Source: an uncultured Verrucomicrobiae bacterium (lineage in GTDB: Bacteria; Verrucomicrobiota; Verrucomicrobiia; Limisphaerales; JAFGQR01). Taken from it: 44,806 nt of DNA. The stretch spans positions 1 through 44,806 of the forward strand of contig CAWBHS010000010.1 of NCBI GenBank assembly GCA_963788655.1, in the 5' to 3' direction. The translations under genes and the position numbers were made by a program. A model generated the notes under the pieces. That model was not told the origin of the DNA. It saw only the letters and a program-made list of their open reading frames with translations, and made no database searches. Below are positions 19,239 to 31,700 of the stretch, in pieces (position 1 is the stretch's first letter; each line of letters opens with the position of its first letter).

Positions 19239-19476
19239 TGAAGCGCCCGTGCTGCGAAGACAGTTTAGAGGTGGATGAGTTTTCGAACCGGCGCCCTTGT
19301 CGTTCTCACCCCTCACCCGACATCCTGGAATTGGAGTGCAGCAAACATGTCGCTGCCGTTTCGATCCATGAATCCTGGCGCCGCGGTGTCTTGGTCGCGC
19401 TGCAAAACATACTTACTCCAAGAGGGCGGCGCTCTCCCGAAACGCCGCTATGGTTCGTTCAGCGGATCGTGCTGCT

Positions 19477-22400
19477 TTAAGGTTCCATCCGGGCCCGGTA
19501 GAACCGTTGCACGCCATTGGTCCCGGTGTTCACGATGACCGTATCACCGGCGGCAAACGATTGCTCGGACACGTTATCCCAATTCAGGAGATTCGTTGAA
19601 CTTTCCAGCCAGTAAGTATGGCTGTCCGGACCATCGATGGCGAACGATAAGGAGCCGTCCGGCAAGCGTTGGAGATTCGCCAAAACCGGTTTACCCAACA
19701 CCGAGAGCGTGGCCTGGGAACTCATAACGCTGCCCACGTCGTTGCTGATCACCACCCAATAGAGGTTGCCGTTATCATTCGTGGTCACGGTCGACACACT
19801 CAGGGATGATCCATTGGCACCGGAGATGACGGCGCCGTTCGCATACCACACAAAGGTTAGCGGCGGATCGCCGGTCACGGAGACGTTGAACGTGGCGTCG
19901 TTGCCTTCGGTAACCGTGAGGCTCTGCGGGTGCCCGGTAATTGCCGGCGGACTCTTGACCACCACGCGGGCGACCTGGCTGGTCGCCGCGCCGGCAAGGT
20001 TGGTAACAATCAGCCAATAGTCGCCGCCATCCCCAAAATCGGCGTTATTGATCGTGAGGGAAGATGCCTCGGCCCCGGAAAGCTCGAGGTCGCCCAAATA
20101 CCATTGGAAGTGCAGCGGGGCCGTCCCGGTCACGGTGGCCGTAATCGTCGCATTGCCACCCACGGCAATCGTCTGATCCGCGGGGAGCACCGTATCAATA
20201 TGCGGCGGTTCCAGCACCGTGAGGGTGGCCGCCGGACTGACAATCGAGCCGCCGTTGTTCGTCACGACGACACTGTAACTTCCCTCGTTGGCCGGTTGGG
20301 CCGCAGGGATCGTATAGCTGGCGTCGGTGGCGCCGGAAATCGGTGTTGAATCGAACAGCCATTGAAACCGCAGTGGAGGCGTTCCGGAGGCACTGACGGA
20401 GAAAGTGACAAGCTGCCCGGCAATCACCGTCTGGCTTTGCGGAGCAGCGTCGAGCGTCGGCGATACCAGCGCGCCTTCGACGTTTTCCGCGCCCGGAGTG
20501 GGCGCCTGCCCCTTCCAGTTGGCCGGATCATTGCCGTAATCCGCGGCGGCAATTCGTTGCAAGGAAGCGCCAAGTCCATCCACACCATTGGTGGGCCAGG
20601 GATCTTGATCGGAATAATGCACGCGATCTTCCAACACGTACGGAACGAAACCGGCATCCGCGCCCATGCCGGTTTGCGGTGGGTCGGGTTGGTAAAGCGC
20701 CACGTTTTCCCCGGCATTATCCAACCGGCCGGACCATGGCCCGAAGACTTGCACTGTCGATCCGAGTCCGTATTTCGCCCGGAAACTGAGGAGCGCCAAC
20801 GGTTCGAGCACCGGATCAAAGTTCACCACCAGACAATACTCGCCGGCTTCCAGGCTGGCGCCCGGCGGGAACACAAAGGAAACCGCGTCCTCGAGTTGCC
20901 AACGATTGGTCGTATGCACCCCATCGAATAGCGTCACGGCGGACGAGGAAATGTTCAATAATTCGATATATTCTTCGTCCTGGATTTCCGTAGCCTGGCC
21001 ACCCACGAGACTGTTCGGGTGATACATTATCTCGTTGATGACAATGGGGCCAACGCGCGGGGCGGCGTTGGGTGCGCCGGTGCCGCTGCGAAACTGTTCC
21101 ACCGATACGGCGTCATCCGCGCCAAAAGTCGTCTCGACCAGGGCACCGAAATCGGTGCCGACGCTGGTCGGGATGCTTCCGAGTGACACCCCGTTTTGCG
21201 AGGCGCCAAATGAAACGCTGGTCCGGTAACCGGTCAGGTTGTCCCCCCCGTCGGTGGCCGAAAGATACAGCGTATCCCCGCGCGAGGAACTGAGTGCAAA
21301 GCTGGGCGGGACGCCGGGATTGGGATTGAATTGGTTTTCGTAGAATACCAGGTAATCGCCGGCCGCCAGGCTCGTACCCGCTGGAATACGGAACCGTTTC
21401 AAATCCTTTTCACTGGTGCTCAAATACCAACCGCCCACGGCCACGGTGGTGCCACTGGGATTATATAATTCAATGGCGTCTTCCCGCGGCGGATCGGTGT
21501 GGGCCAGGACTTCGTTGATTACGACATTGGTCAGCGGGAGGTAGTTGGCGGCGCCGGGGGAGGCCGTGGCGTCGAAGTCCACAATCGTATTGGCACCGTC
21601 CGGCAAACGGCCTTGCGATACATCCGGTTGCTTGTTGCCGTAGCTCACCGTCTGCAGCAGCGCGAACGTTGACGAGTAAACCTGAATGGTGCCCGCATCC
21701 GCGTCCAAGGCAAAGTTCACATGGTCCCGGCCCTGACCGGCGCTGCCATCCGCAATCCACTGCACCCAGGCTTTGCCGCCGATAAAACTCAGCGGTGGAA
21801 CCTGGAACTTGCCAATGCCCACCAGAGACGGATCGTCGGTCAGATAAATCCCCGCCATGTTCACGGGCAATGAGTCGGTATTGTAAATCTCAAACCAATC
21901 CGGTCCGTTGGTGGAGGCCGGCATCCATTCGTTAAGACGCAAATTGGACACATTGCCCAGGGTAGCCGGACCGGTATTGAATTGACCCGGTGTGGGACTG
22001 GCCGACAAGGACCATTGGCCATTGGCCAAACCGAGGCTGCGATCAGGCAACTGGAACCCATACTCGACGGCATCCACGCGCTGCCCCAGCGAGTTGAACA
22101 AATACACCCCGCCACTCGCACCGCCCAGCGCGAAGCCGGTGTTCAAAGCGCCGCCCGCGGTGGTGGAACCGGGTTGTGAACCGTCACACCAAATCACCAG
22201 ATAGCCGCTGGCCTCAATGCTGGTGCCGGCCGGAAAAATCCATTTTACCGGATTCGACGGGGAATCGCTCAGGCGCATCCCGCTCAGATCAACCGCCGTA
22301 CTGTTGGGATTCTCCAATTCAATCCAATCGGCGTACTGGCCGTACGGCCCGACGGAGGCCGACTGGTTGCGGGCCATGATTTCATTCAAGTGCGGGCCCG

Positions 22401-25400
22401 TGTACGTGGCCGCGAAATTACTGGCCGCGGGACTGGGGCTGACGGGAAACTCCACGATTGTCGAACTGCCGTTGGGCAACCGGCCTTGGGTCACGTTTTC
22501 GAGTTGGCTCCCGTAAACCACGCGGCTCAATTCGAGACCGGTGGCGTCGTACAACACAATGGCCCCGCCTTCCTTCGGAAGATTGAAATCCAGATGGTCT
22601 TGGCCGGGATTGCCGTCCGCGAACAACTGCACATAACCGCGCGGCGCCACGAATGAGAGCGAGCGCACTTGGAAGAGCGCGTTGCTGGTGCCCAGATAAA
22701 TTCCCTGGAGCGCCACCGGCAGACTGGCGTGGGCGTTGTAGAGTTCGATCCAATCCGAGCCGCCCGGCGGCGCATCAGCCAGCCATTCATTGATGGCCAG
22801 GTTGGCGGTGCCGGTCACCACGGCGGCCTGATTGCCCGCGCCGGCGGTTGGCTGGTTCAAAACCCATTTGCTTGAAATGCGACCCACCGAATAATCGGGA
22901 ATCTGGATCCCGTAGGTCAGGCCATCCACGCGATTGGTGGTCGCACCATAGAGGAAAATGCTTTCGCCCAAGTGACTCAAGGCGAAACCGGTGTTTAAGT
23001 CCGCCCCCGCGACGGTGGAAGGAGGCTGGGTGTTGTCGCACCAAATCACCAAGTAACTGTTGCCGTCAATGCTCGTCCCGCTGGGAAACACGAATTTACG
23101 CGGGTCGCCACTGTCGGTGAGGCTCCAGCCCGAAAGATCGACCGGATCAGAGCTAGTGTTGCGCAGTTCGACATAATCAGGATAGTTCGTTCCGTGCGCC
23201 ACGGCCGCAACGTTTTCCGCCATGATTTCATTGAGCACCACAGTTGGCGGCGCCGGTTGGCTGGCGGGCAGGCCCGGGGTGCCGTTGATGCTGGTGCTGG
23301 CGCGCCAGTTGGCAGGATCATCCGGATCGCCATTGGGATCGATGATTTGGAGCGAGTAACCCAAACCGTCCGCCTCCGGGGGCCAGCTACCGCCGTCGGA
23401 ATAGTCCACCGATAGCACGCGGTTGCCCTGCTCGTCATAAATGGCCAGGCGTTCGCCACCGTTGTTGAGACTGCCGTCGAACCAGCCGGACACGGACACG
23501 CCCGGATAGCGCAGGAACCAATCGTTGGTGGCGGTATTGTTGCCCAGGACAATCCGGGAGCCGGGATTGAGGATAAAGCCCACGGGGAATTGGAACGAAA
23601 TGCCCTCAAAGCTGTAGTAACTGAGGTCCAGTTTGCTAGCGCCGCAGTTTTCCAGTTCAAGGAATTCGTAGCGGCTGCCCGCGCTGCCGCCGGGCGAGGG
23701 ATTCTACATAATTTCGCTGATGCACAGCGGCACGCCCAACTGGCCGACCGTGAAGGTGGATTCATTCAATGCGCTCCAAGTTGTGCCGTCGAGCAGGCGG
23801 GCTTTGATCACTTGGGTGTCATTCAACACAATGGGCGTGCCTGAGGCGTAGGCCAAGGCGGTGGCGGACACTGTTCCCGCACCATATACCCGTGGATCCG
23901 AACCGTCGGTCGTGTAATAAATGGTTCCCGTGGCCTGGACGTTGGTCATGAACAAAGTGGTGCCCGCGGTCACCCGCCCGCCATCGGAGTTGAAGACCGG
24001 GGGATCAATGTTCGGATATGCTCCTCGAGCGCGCAATTGACCCAGCAGGACTTGGCCGCGGGAGGGGAAGTATCCGGTATTCAAAGTGGTGTTCCAAACG
24101 TCGCCATGATTGTCGTTGGCGTGGTAGGCCCAGCCCATCAGGCAGTCCAGTTGTTGCACGTAGTCGCGGTCGCGCAGCAGCGGACTATTCGCCCGGACGG
24201 TGGCGGAGTCGCCCCAGCGGGCGGATTCGCAGAGCAGGGACGCCCAGATTTCGTTGACGCGGCGCATGAAGTAATCGGCTGGATGGTTCCGCTCGGGATG
24301 GGCCGCGTCCCACACGGGGTTGGCCGGATCGACATAATAGGGGCCATCCTTCTTGAAAAAATTCCGATACACGCGATCGGCAAACAACAGCTTGAACTCG
24401 GTATTGGCGAGCAAATCTTGGTAGATTTCGGTAGGAGCCCCTGAGTTGTTCAGGCCGGTGCTATCCCGGGTCATGTGCTCGAGAATGTGTTCGGCGTCAT
24501 AAGAGAAGAAACGCCATTTCTCCCCCGTTGCCCGGCGGCGGGCCGCATACCAGTTGTGCTGCGCCCAATCTTCATTGCCAATATAGAAGTTCAGCAGCAT
24601 GTAATCGGCAAACCACGGCAGGTCGATCACCGCCCCCACGGCTTCGTAGTTGGCGTTGTTGGCCAATCCGGCGCGAACCCGTGACAGCATTTGATCGTAC
24701 GCAGCGTGGCTGGGGTCGCCGGACACGACGGTGGTCGAAGTGTGCTTGAGCACGTCGTATTCATCGCTGTCCCCGCCGAAATACGATGCGGCAAAATTAT
24801 CGTCGGGCCGCTCGTGCATGACGTACATGCCCCAATAGACGCCGTCCAAATACACATGCACGGCGCGGCCATGAAACGAGATGCCGCCCATGGCCTTCTG
24901 CAGATCACTGGCCCATTGGTCATGGATGCAGGTGGCTCGGGTGCGTTGCTCGTCGCTGGTGGAGCCGTTGTAGTGCCACCAATTGTTCAAGCCGGCGTCC
25001 AACATCAGCGTGTTGTACTCCGTGTTGGGCGAATCCGGAAACACCGGGAAGTGCAGTTTGCGGTTGCCAAATTCGCCCTTGAACAGAATACGCATCGACA
25101 GCTTGATCGATTTCCAGGTCGCGACGCCATTGATCGTGGCGTCATCCGGGCTGGTGCCGCCCTGCACCTCGATGCCGCCCGGCACATTGAAGCCCGCGCT
25201 GCCGTCGGCCATGATCATTTCCACGTTGATGGGCACCTGGTAACCCTTCTTGATCTTGCGGACGTAGAATCCGGTGTTCGTGCCCAGCAGGAGACTCAGG
25301 TCGCTGACGATGGAAATGGTGGGAATGTTCGTCAGGGCTTGCTGCGCCTCCAGTTGCAACGCACTGTCGGTGAGCACCTGAGGATCCATTTCGTAATCGC

Positions 25401-28400
25401 CGGGAATGTCATTGCGTTCAGCGGATTGCCAATAGGGCGGGAAACCCGTCGGCACTATCGGCTGGCTGATAACATACGCAGGGAAGATGTACGTGCGGGT
25501 CAACGTCCGCGACGACAGCCAACCGGCCTTCTGGGCCGCGGCGCGCAGGACCACCGAACCCTTGGCGGCGTTGCCTGAAATGAGAATTGGTCCGGTGTAC
25601 AAGATGCCCGACGATTCCGGCGAACTGCCATCCAACGTGTAACGCACCGTGGCGCCCGGCGTCTTGGAGGACAATACCACGTAAAACGAGCGGTCGAAAA
25701 AGCCGCTGTCAACCGAGGCCGCCGGTTCTTCCACCAAACCGATAAACGAAGGAGACATTGGATTCTCACTGCCGGGCGTCACGGCGTCGGTTGGGAAATA
25801 AACCAACGCGCCGCCGGTGGTATAGCCATAGGAAATGTTTTCCCGTTGCTCAGGGAACTGCGGGGCGAAGTCACTGTCACTTGCGGCCACATGCGGCAGG
25901 CCCGGCGGGTAGAGCCCCAAATATTCGCCGAAATCGTTCAATCGGAAATTGGTGTGCAACTCGCCGCCAGGCGTGGCGGGTTTGCGGTCCTTGCCGGAGG
26001 CGAAGACGACCAGATATTGGCCGGCCGCCAGCGTGACCTCCGGAAACTCCCACATCGCCGGATCTTGGGGGTCGGTTGACAAACTCCACCCCAGGAGGGA
26101 AACCGAGTTGGTACCGCGGTTGTACAGCTCGATCCAATCGTTGGGATCGCCGTCTTCATCGGTCAAAACTGTATCCTGGAACCAAGCGGCAGAAAACTCG
26201 TTGATAATCACGTCGCCAACGGCGTTACTATCGACGTTGTAACTCCACCCCGTGGCCTCAAAGGCATTGGGCGCCGCGGCCTGGTCGGTAATACCGTGAG
26301 TCGAGTTCCAGGTGACGTCGGCGGTCCCTTCAGCGGTAGCAGCAAAGTCAAAGCGAAAGGTGGTGGCGCTGATCGGCACCACGCCCAAGGCCGCCTGCCC
26401 GTTGATGCGCAAGTCGGATGCATCTACGCCCGACACCGGTTCGCTGAATGCCACCTGGATCTGAGTCAGACTGGCCAGGGTGGTGTTGGTCGCGGGAATG
26501 ACGGAGGTCAGGAAGGGCGGCGTGGCATCGACCATCTGGTATTCCCAAAGCGCCGAGGCGGCGGTTTCATCAAACCGATTGCCATTCGTATCGGTCATGC
26601 TGTGATCAGTATCCCAACGCAGCTCGACCCGGCCCGCGGGGGGTTGGGTGAAGAAATACGTGTACCGGTTCGTGGCACCCGACACCGAGACGGCGGGGGT
26701 GCCATTGATCAGGAAATCGTCGGCGACCACGCCGGCCACGTCTTCGTCAAACACCACCGTCACCGAAATTAGATTGGTCACCGTCCTGCCGGGCGCGGGA
26801 TCGACCAAGACCACCCGGGGACCGACGATGTCCGGATAATACGCCCTGAGTTCCGCACTGAACCGAAAATCGGAGTCCGTTTTTAGCCAATTGAAAGCTT
26901 GCACTGCCAGCACGTTGGGGCCGGGTTTGAACATTGCCAGCGGAATGCTGATGTCCTCGTTGAATCCTTCCTGCAACGGCACTGTGGCATGACCGTCAAA
27001 ACCCAACCGGATCGGATACGCCACGTTGCGGTAATAGATATATTCTCCGTTCAGCCAGACCACGTAGCCATCGTCGGCCCTGACATGCAATTCCATGTCC
27101 AGCACGCCATTGGTATCGACCTCAAAACTCTTGCGCAGGAAAACGCAGGAATAATTATTACGCATGTCGCTCAAGATGGTGCCCCCGGTTAACTCGTCGT
27201 CGCCCCCCTGGGGGTTGGTGCCAAAGTGAAACGGCCCCACCCCGGTCAGCCACGCCGAGTCGGTAAACTCCGTGTCTCGCCAGGCGTTCGTGGGATTGGA
27301 AGCTTCACTGGTGCCCTTGAAATAGCGCCAATCCGCATCAGTGGGCACAATCACTTGCACCGGTTCCGCGGAGGGAAGCACCACATAATTCCACCCGGTG
27401 GCGACGAAGGCATTCGGCGGGGAAGCGGTGTCCGTGATGTTATGGTTGGGATTCCACGTCACTGTCGCAGTGCCGTGATCGATCTCGGCGAATTCGAACA
27501 GGTAGCCCTGGTTGCCAACCGGGGTCACGCCGAGGGCCGCCTCGCCATTGATCAGCAAATCGCCGGCGTCCACTCCCAGGACCGGTTCACTGAATTCGAC
27601 TTGGATTTGGCTCAAGCTTACCACGGTAGCGGGCGCCGAGGGAATGATGGTCACGAGGGTTGGCGCGATCACATCCAAGAGCGTGTAATCCCACTGGGCC
27701 TCGGGCGCAGTCTCGTCGAACCGATTTCCGTTGGCATCCTCCAGGGTGTGACCGACCGCCCATTGCACGTGGACGGTGCCGGGCGTGGGTTGGATAAAAT
27801 GGTAGGTGTAAACATTCCCCGAACCAGTCACACTGGCGCTGGGGATTCCATTGACCAGGAAGTCTTGCGGCAACACTCCGATCACGGGTTCGTCGAACGT
27901 GACCGTAATGGCGTTCAAGGTGGACACCGTCGCCCCGGGCGTGGGCGACACCTCGGTGATTACTGGCGGATTAACATCGGTGATCGAGGCAACCAATTGC
28001 GCATCCACCCGAAAATCGCTGTCAGCGGCATTATAATTGAAGGCCTGAACGCACAAGACGTTGGTGCCGTTCTTGAGTGCCTCCATCGCGCTGCCTAAAA
28101 TGCTGTACTGATAGAAATAATTGGCTTCACGCGAGCTTTGAGCCGTGTCGGTGTACGCATAATTGTCTCGGCGCGCTCCGGCGACCCGCACTTCCTTTCC
28201 GTTGATCCACGCCACCAGTCCGTCGTCGATCAGAAATCCCAGGGTCAGGTCAATCACCGCATTGGTGTTCGCCACGACGAACGTCTGCCGCAGGAAGACG
28301 CAACCGTAACTACCCGGCATGTCGCTCAGAATGGTGCCGCCGGTTTCCTCATCATCGCCGCCGACAGTGTTGGTACCGTAGTGGAAGGGCGCGACAGCGG

Positions 28401-28581
28401 TGGCCCAGGTTGAATCATCAAAACCCACTTCCCGCCAGGCATTGGTGGGGGTGGAGGCCTCGCTGGTGCCTTTGAAATAGCGCCAGTCGGCATTCGTAGA
28501 AATGAGCACCTGGGAGGTTTGTGCGCCGGCCTGAATTGCCAGTAGTACACCCGTCAGCAACAGCAAACATCGTTGTTTCAT
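19477..28581 (-). CDS. Giant secreted protein A (~3030 aa): 2x [WRYFKG domain + 2 Ig-like], LTD, Fn3-like, CotH-type kinase, Fn3-like, 7 more LTDs, 3 Ig domains, C-terminal RFYR domain; in-frame TAG at 23704-23706
   Basis: ORFs 23704..28605 and 19477..23583 are in the same frame, separated only by one TAG (SEIM*NPSPG..YEFLEL). Signal peptide MKQRCLLLLTGVLLAIQAGA; eight INE/LNE...DWIEL-N repeats; YTLDGS/YTTDGS domains; CotH-like VYLDGVYWGMY..ERPD, N-x-DW..HNW, SYDAE. Confidence 0.85.
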
Positions 28582-28707
28582 AAGTGATTGAACTATTTTT
28601 AACACATTACGGTCATGTTGTCAGCGAACAAATGCACCCGCCACCACATTTCCCCGCGCCCGAACCCGCGAGTGGCATGCGGATTAAGTTCCCGGCCAGG
28701 CGGATGT

Positions 28708-31700
28708 TCAGGGCACACGCACCCGATAGAACCGTCCGTTGCCAGGCACCGAATCGGTAAAGGCTTCCTCATGATCTTCCAATTGCGCCGGCACCGAATT
28801 CCAGGGAATCCAATCGCCGGACCGCAACGATTCTCGATATTCAAGTTCGTAGGTTATTCCCGCCACCGCGCGAAACCGGAGGGTCACGCTGTTCGACCAC
28901 GAAATCTCCAATTTCAGGCTGCTCTGGGGATCGTCCGGAAGGGTGCCGGCGCGATACTCGGCGCCATTGGCGAAGCCGTCGCCATCCAGATCGCCCAGGG
29001 CATCATTTACGTCCGGCTTCAACCCGTGGGCCGATTCCCAGGCATCCGGCATGCCATCGCCGTCGGTGTCCGCCTCGGAATGCGGTCCCGGATTGGGCAG
29101 GTCTGCCTCCCAGTTCAACGGTTCGTTGCCGTATTCGTCGGCGTGGCGGCGCTGAAGTGAAGCGCCAGTGCCATCGGCGGTTTCCGGCCACGGTTCCAGG
29201 TCGGTGTAATGCACGCGATCCACCAGCAGATACGGCACAAAACCCACGTCTGGCCCGGTCAATTGAGGCGCATCCGGTCGGTAAATCTCGACGCTTTCGC
29301 CGCGGTTGTTAAGTTTGCCGGACCAAGGGCCAAAGACCTGCGCGCTCAGGCTTAAGCCGTATTTTGACTGGAAGTTCGCCAGGGCGGCCGGATTGGTGAC
29401 CGGATCGAACGAAACAACCACCGCAGATTCTCCCGCCGCGAGACTGTTGCCCGTAGCAAACTCGAATGCAACCGCCCCGCTCAATTTCCAATGGTTGGTG
29501 GGATGGTCCACATCGTAAAGCGGCACCGGGACGGCCGAGAAATTGTATAGCTCGACGAACTCCTCGTCAGCGTTCTCCACCAGACTGCCACCGACCTCAG
29601 TAACCGGATGATACATGAGTTCGTTGATTACCACCGGGCCAACGCGTGGATAAGCGTTCGAAAGACCGCCGCCACTACGAAACTCGGTGAGCGTTTGCGG
29701 ATCGTCCGTCCCGAATGACCGCGCGCTTAATGCCACGAAGTCTTCGCCGACGCTGGTCACATAACGGCCCAACGAGACGCCGTTATCCGACGCGCCAAAC
29801 GCCACGGACGTGCGATACCCGGTCAACGTGCCGGCGGTATTGGCAGCGGACAAATACACTTGGTCTCCATGCGCGGAATTCAAGGCAAAGCTCAGGGGGA
29901 CGCCCGGCAGGGGATTGAACTCGTTTTCGGTACACCACCAAATACCCGCCGGCAAGAATCACAGTGTCGAACGCCAGCCGATAGCGTTTGGGGTCGCTTT
30001 CAGAATTGCTCAAATACCAGCCGCCGAGATTGACCGGACTGGCCGTGGGATTGTGCAATTCAATGGCATCCTCGAGCGGCGCATCAGTATGCGCCAGCAC
30101 CTCGTTGATGACCACATTATCCAACGGCAGATAGTTGCCGGCATTCGGAGTCGCTGAAGTCGGAAAACTGACAATGGCCTCGCTCCCGTCCGGCAGGCGG
30201 CCTTCCGCGACACCGGGTTCCTGAAGCCCCAGCGCCAGGCTGTCAATCACGGTAAAATTGCTGGTATAAAGGCGCAGGGTATCGCCGGATTGGTTCAGGC
30301 TGAAATTAACATGCTGGCGTCCCTGACTGGTTTGGCCGGAGGCCTCGAGTTGCACCCAACCATGGCCGCCCACAAAACTTAACGGCGCCAACTGGGACTT
30401 CGTCCGCCCAGCGATTGAAGGATCGTCCGTCACGTAAAGACCGCTCAAAGCTACCGGCAGCGAATCCAGGTTATACAGTTCGAACCAATCGCCGCCGCCG
30501 GTTGGATCCGCCATCCATTCGTTTATCCGCAAGTTGAGCACGGAACCCAGCGGAGCGGCCACTGCGTTGCCCGTTCCCGGTGTCGGGGCCGCGAGCAAGC
30601 GCCACTGACTGCCAATAAGGCCGATGGATACGGTCTTGCACTTGCGGTCCGTATTCCACCGAATCTACCAGTTGTCCGGCAGTTCCGAACAAATAGACCC
30701 CGCCGCTGGTACCATCGAGCGAGAAGCCGAGCATTCAAACTCGAACCGGCCATCGTCGAGGCGGCACGCGAGCCGTCGCACCAAACCACCAAGTACCCAT
30801 TGGCCGGAATCTGCACCCCGGCCGGAAATATCCATTTGTCACTCTTCGAAACGTCGTCGCTCAACCGCAATCCGCCGAGGGCGTAGGGCGTTCCGTTCGG
30901 ATTCGCCAGTTCCACCCAATCGGGGTACTGCCCGTTTGGTCCCACTACCGCGGAATGGTTGCGCGCCATGACTTCGTTCAACACCGGTCCGGCATAGGCG
31001 CTCACGAAATTGCTCGCGGCCGGGCTGGCAGTACCCGGGAAAACTCGTGATGCTTCCCGCCCCATCCGGCAGCCGGCCTTGGGAAACGTTCTCGGTTTGC
31101 CGCGCATAGTTGACGCGATTGACTTCCATGCCCGTGGAATCCTGCAACGTGATAAAGCCGCCCGCCGCCGGTAATTTGAAATCCAAGTGGTCCGGCCCCG
31201 CTTGCTCGTCGGCCCACCATTGCGCGTGCCCGCGCGGCGCGATGAACGCGAGCGACTCAATCCGAAAGGTTGTGTTACTGTTGGAAAGATAGATTCCCTG
31301 GAGGGCCGCTGGCAAAAGGGGATGGGTATTGAACAATTCCAACCAATCGTCACTGCCGGGCGGCGAGTCGGCCAACCACTCGTTAATGACGATGCTCGTC
31401 GCCGGGGCAACGGTTACTGAAACATTCGCCCCGCCCGGAGTCGGCGAGCACAACTGCCATTGCTCGTTCACGCGTCCAACGGTGCGGTCCGCCAGTTGGG
31501 AACCAAAACTCAACGCATCCACCCGCTGAGCGCTGGCATTGTACAAGAACACGCTTTCACCGCCGCGATTGAGGGCGAATCCCGCGTGCAATCCTGGCGC
31601 GTTGGTGTTGGTATCGCACCAAACCACCAGGTAGCCGTTGGCCGGAATGGTCGCATCGGCGGGAAACACAAATTCGCGCGGATTACCACCGTCGCTCATA

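Noticed and set aside
29900..31100. Programmed ribosomal frameshifting in giant protein B
   Set aside because: No consistent slippery heptamers or long homopolymers; the same insertion pattern affects unrelated genes, which points to sequencing error.
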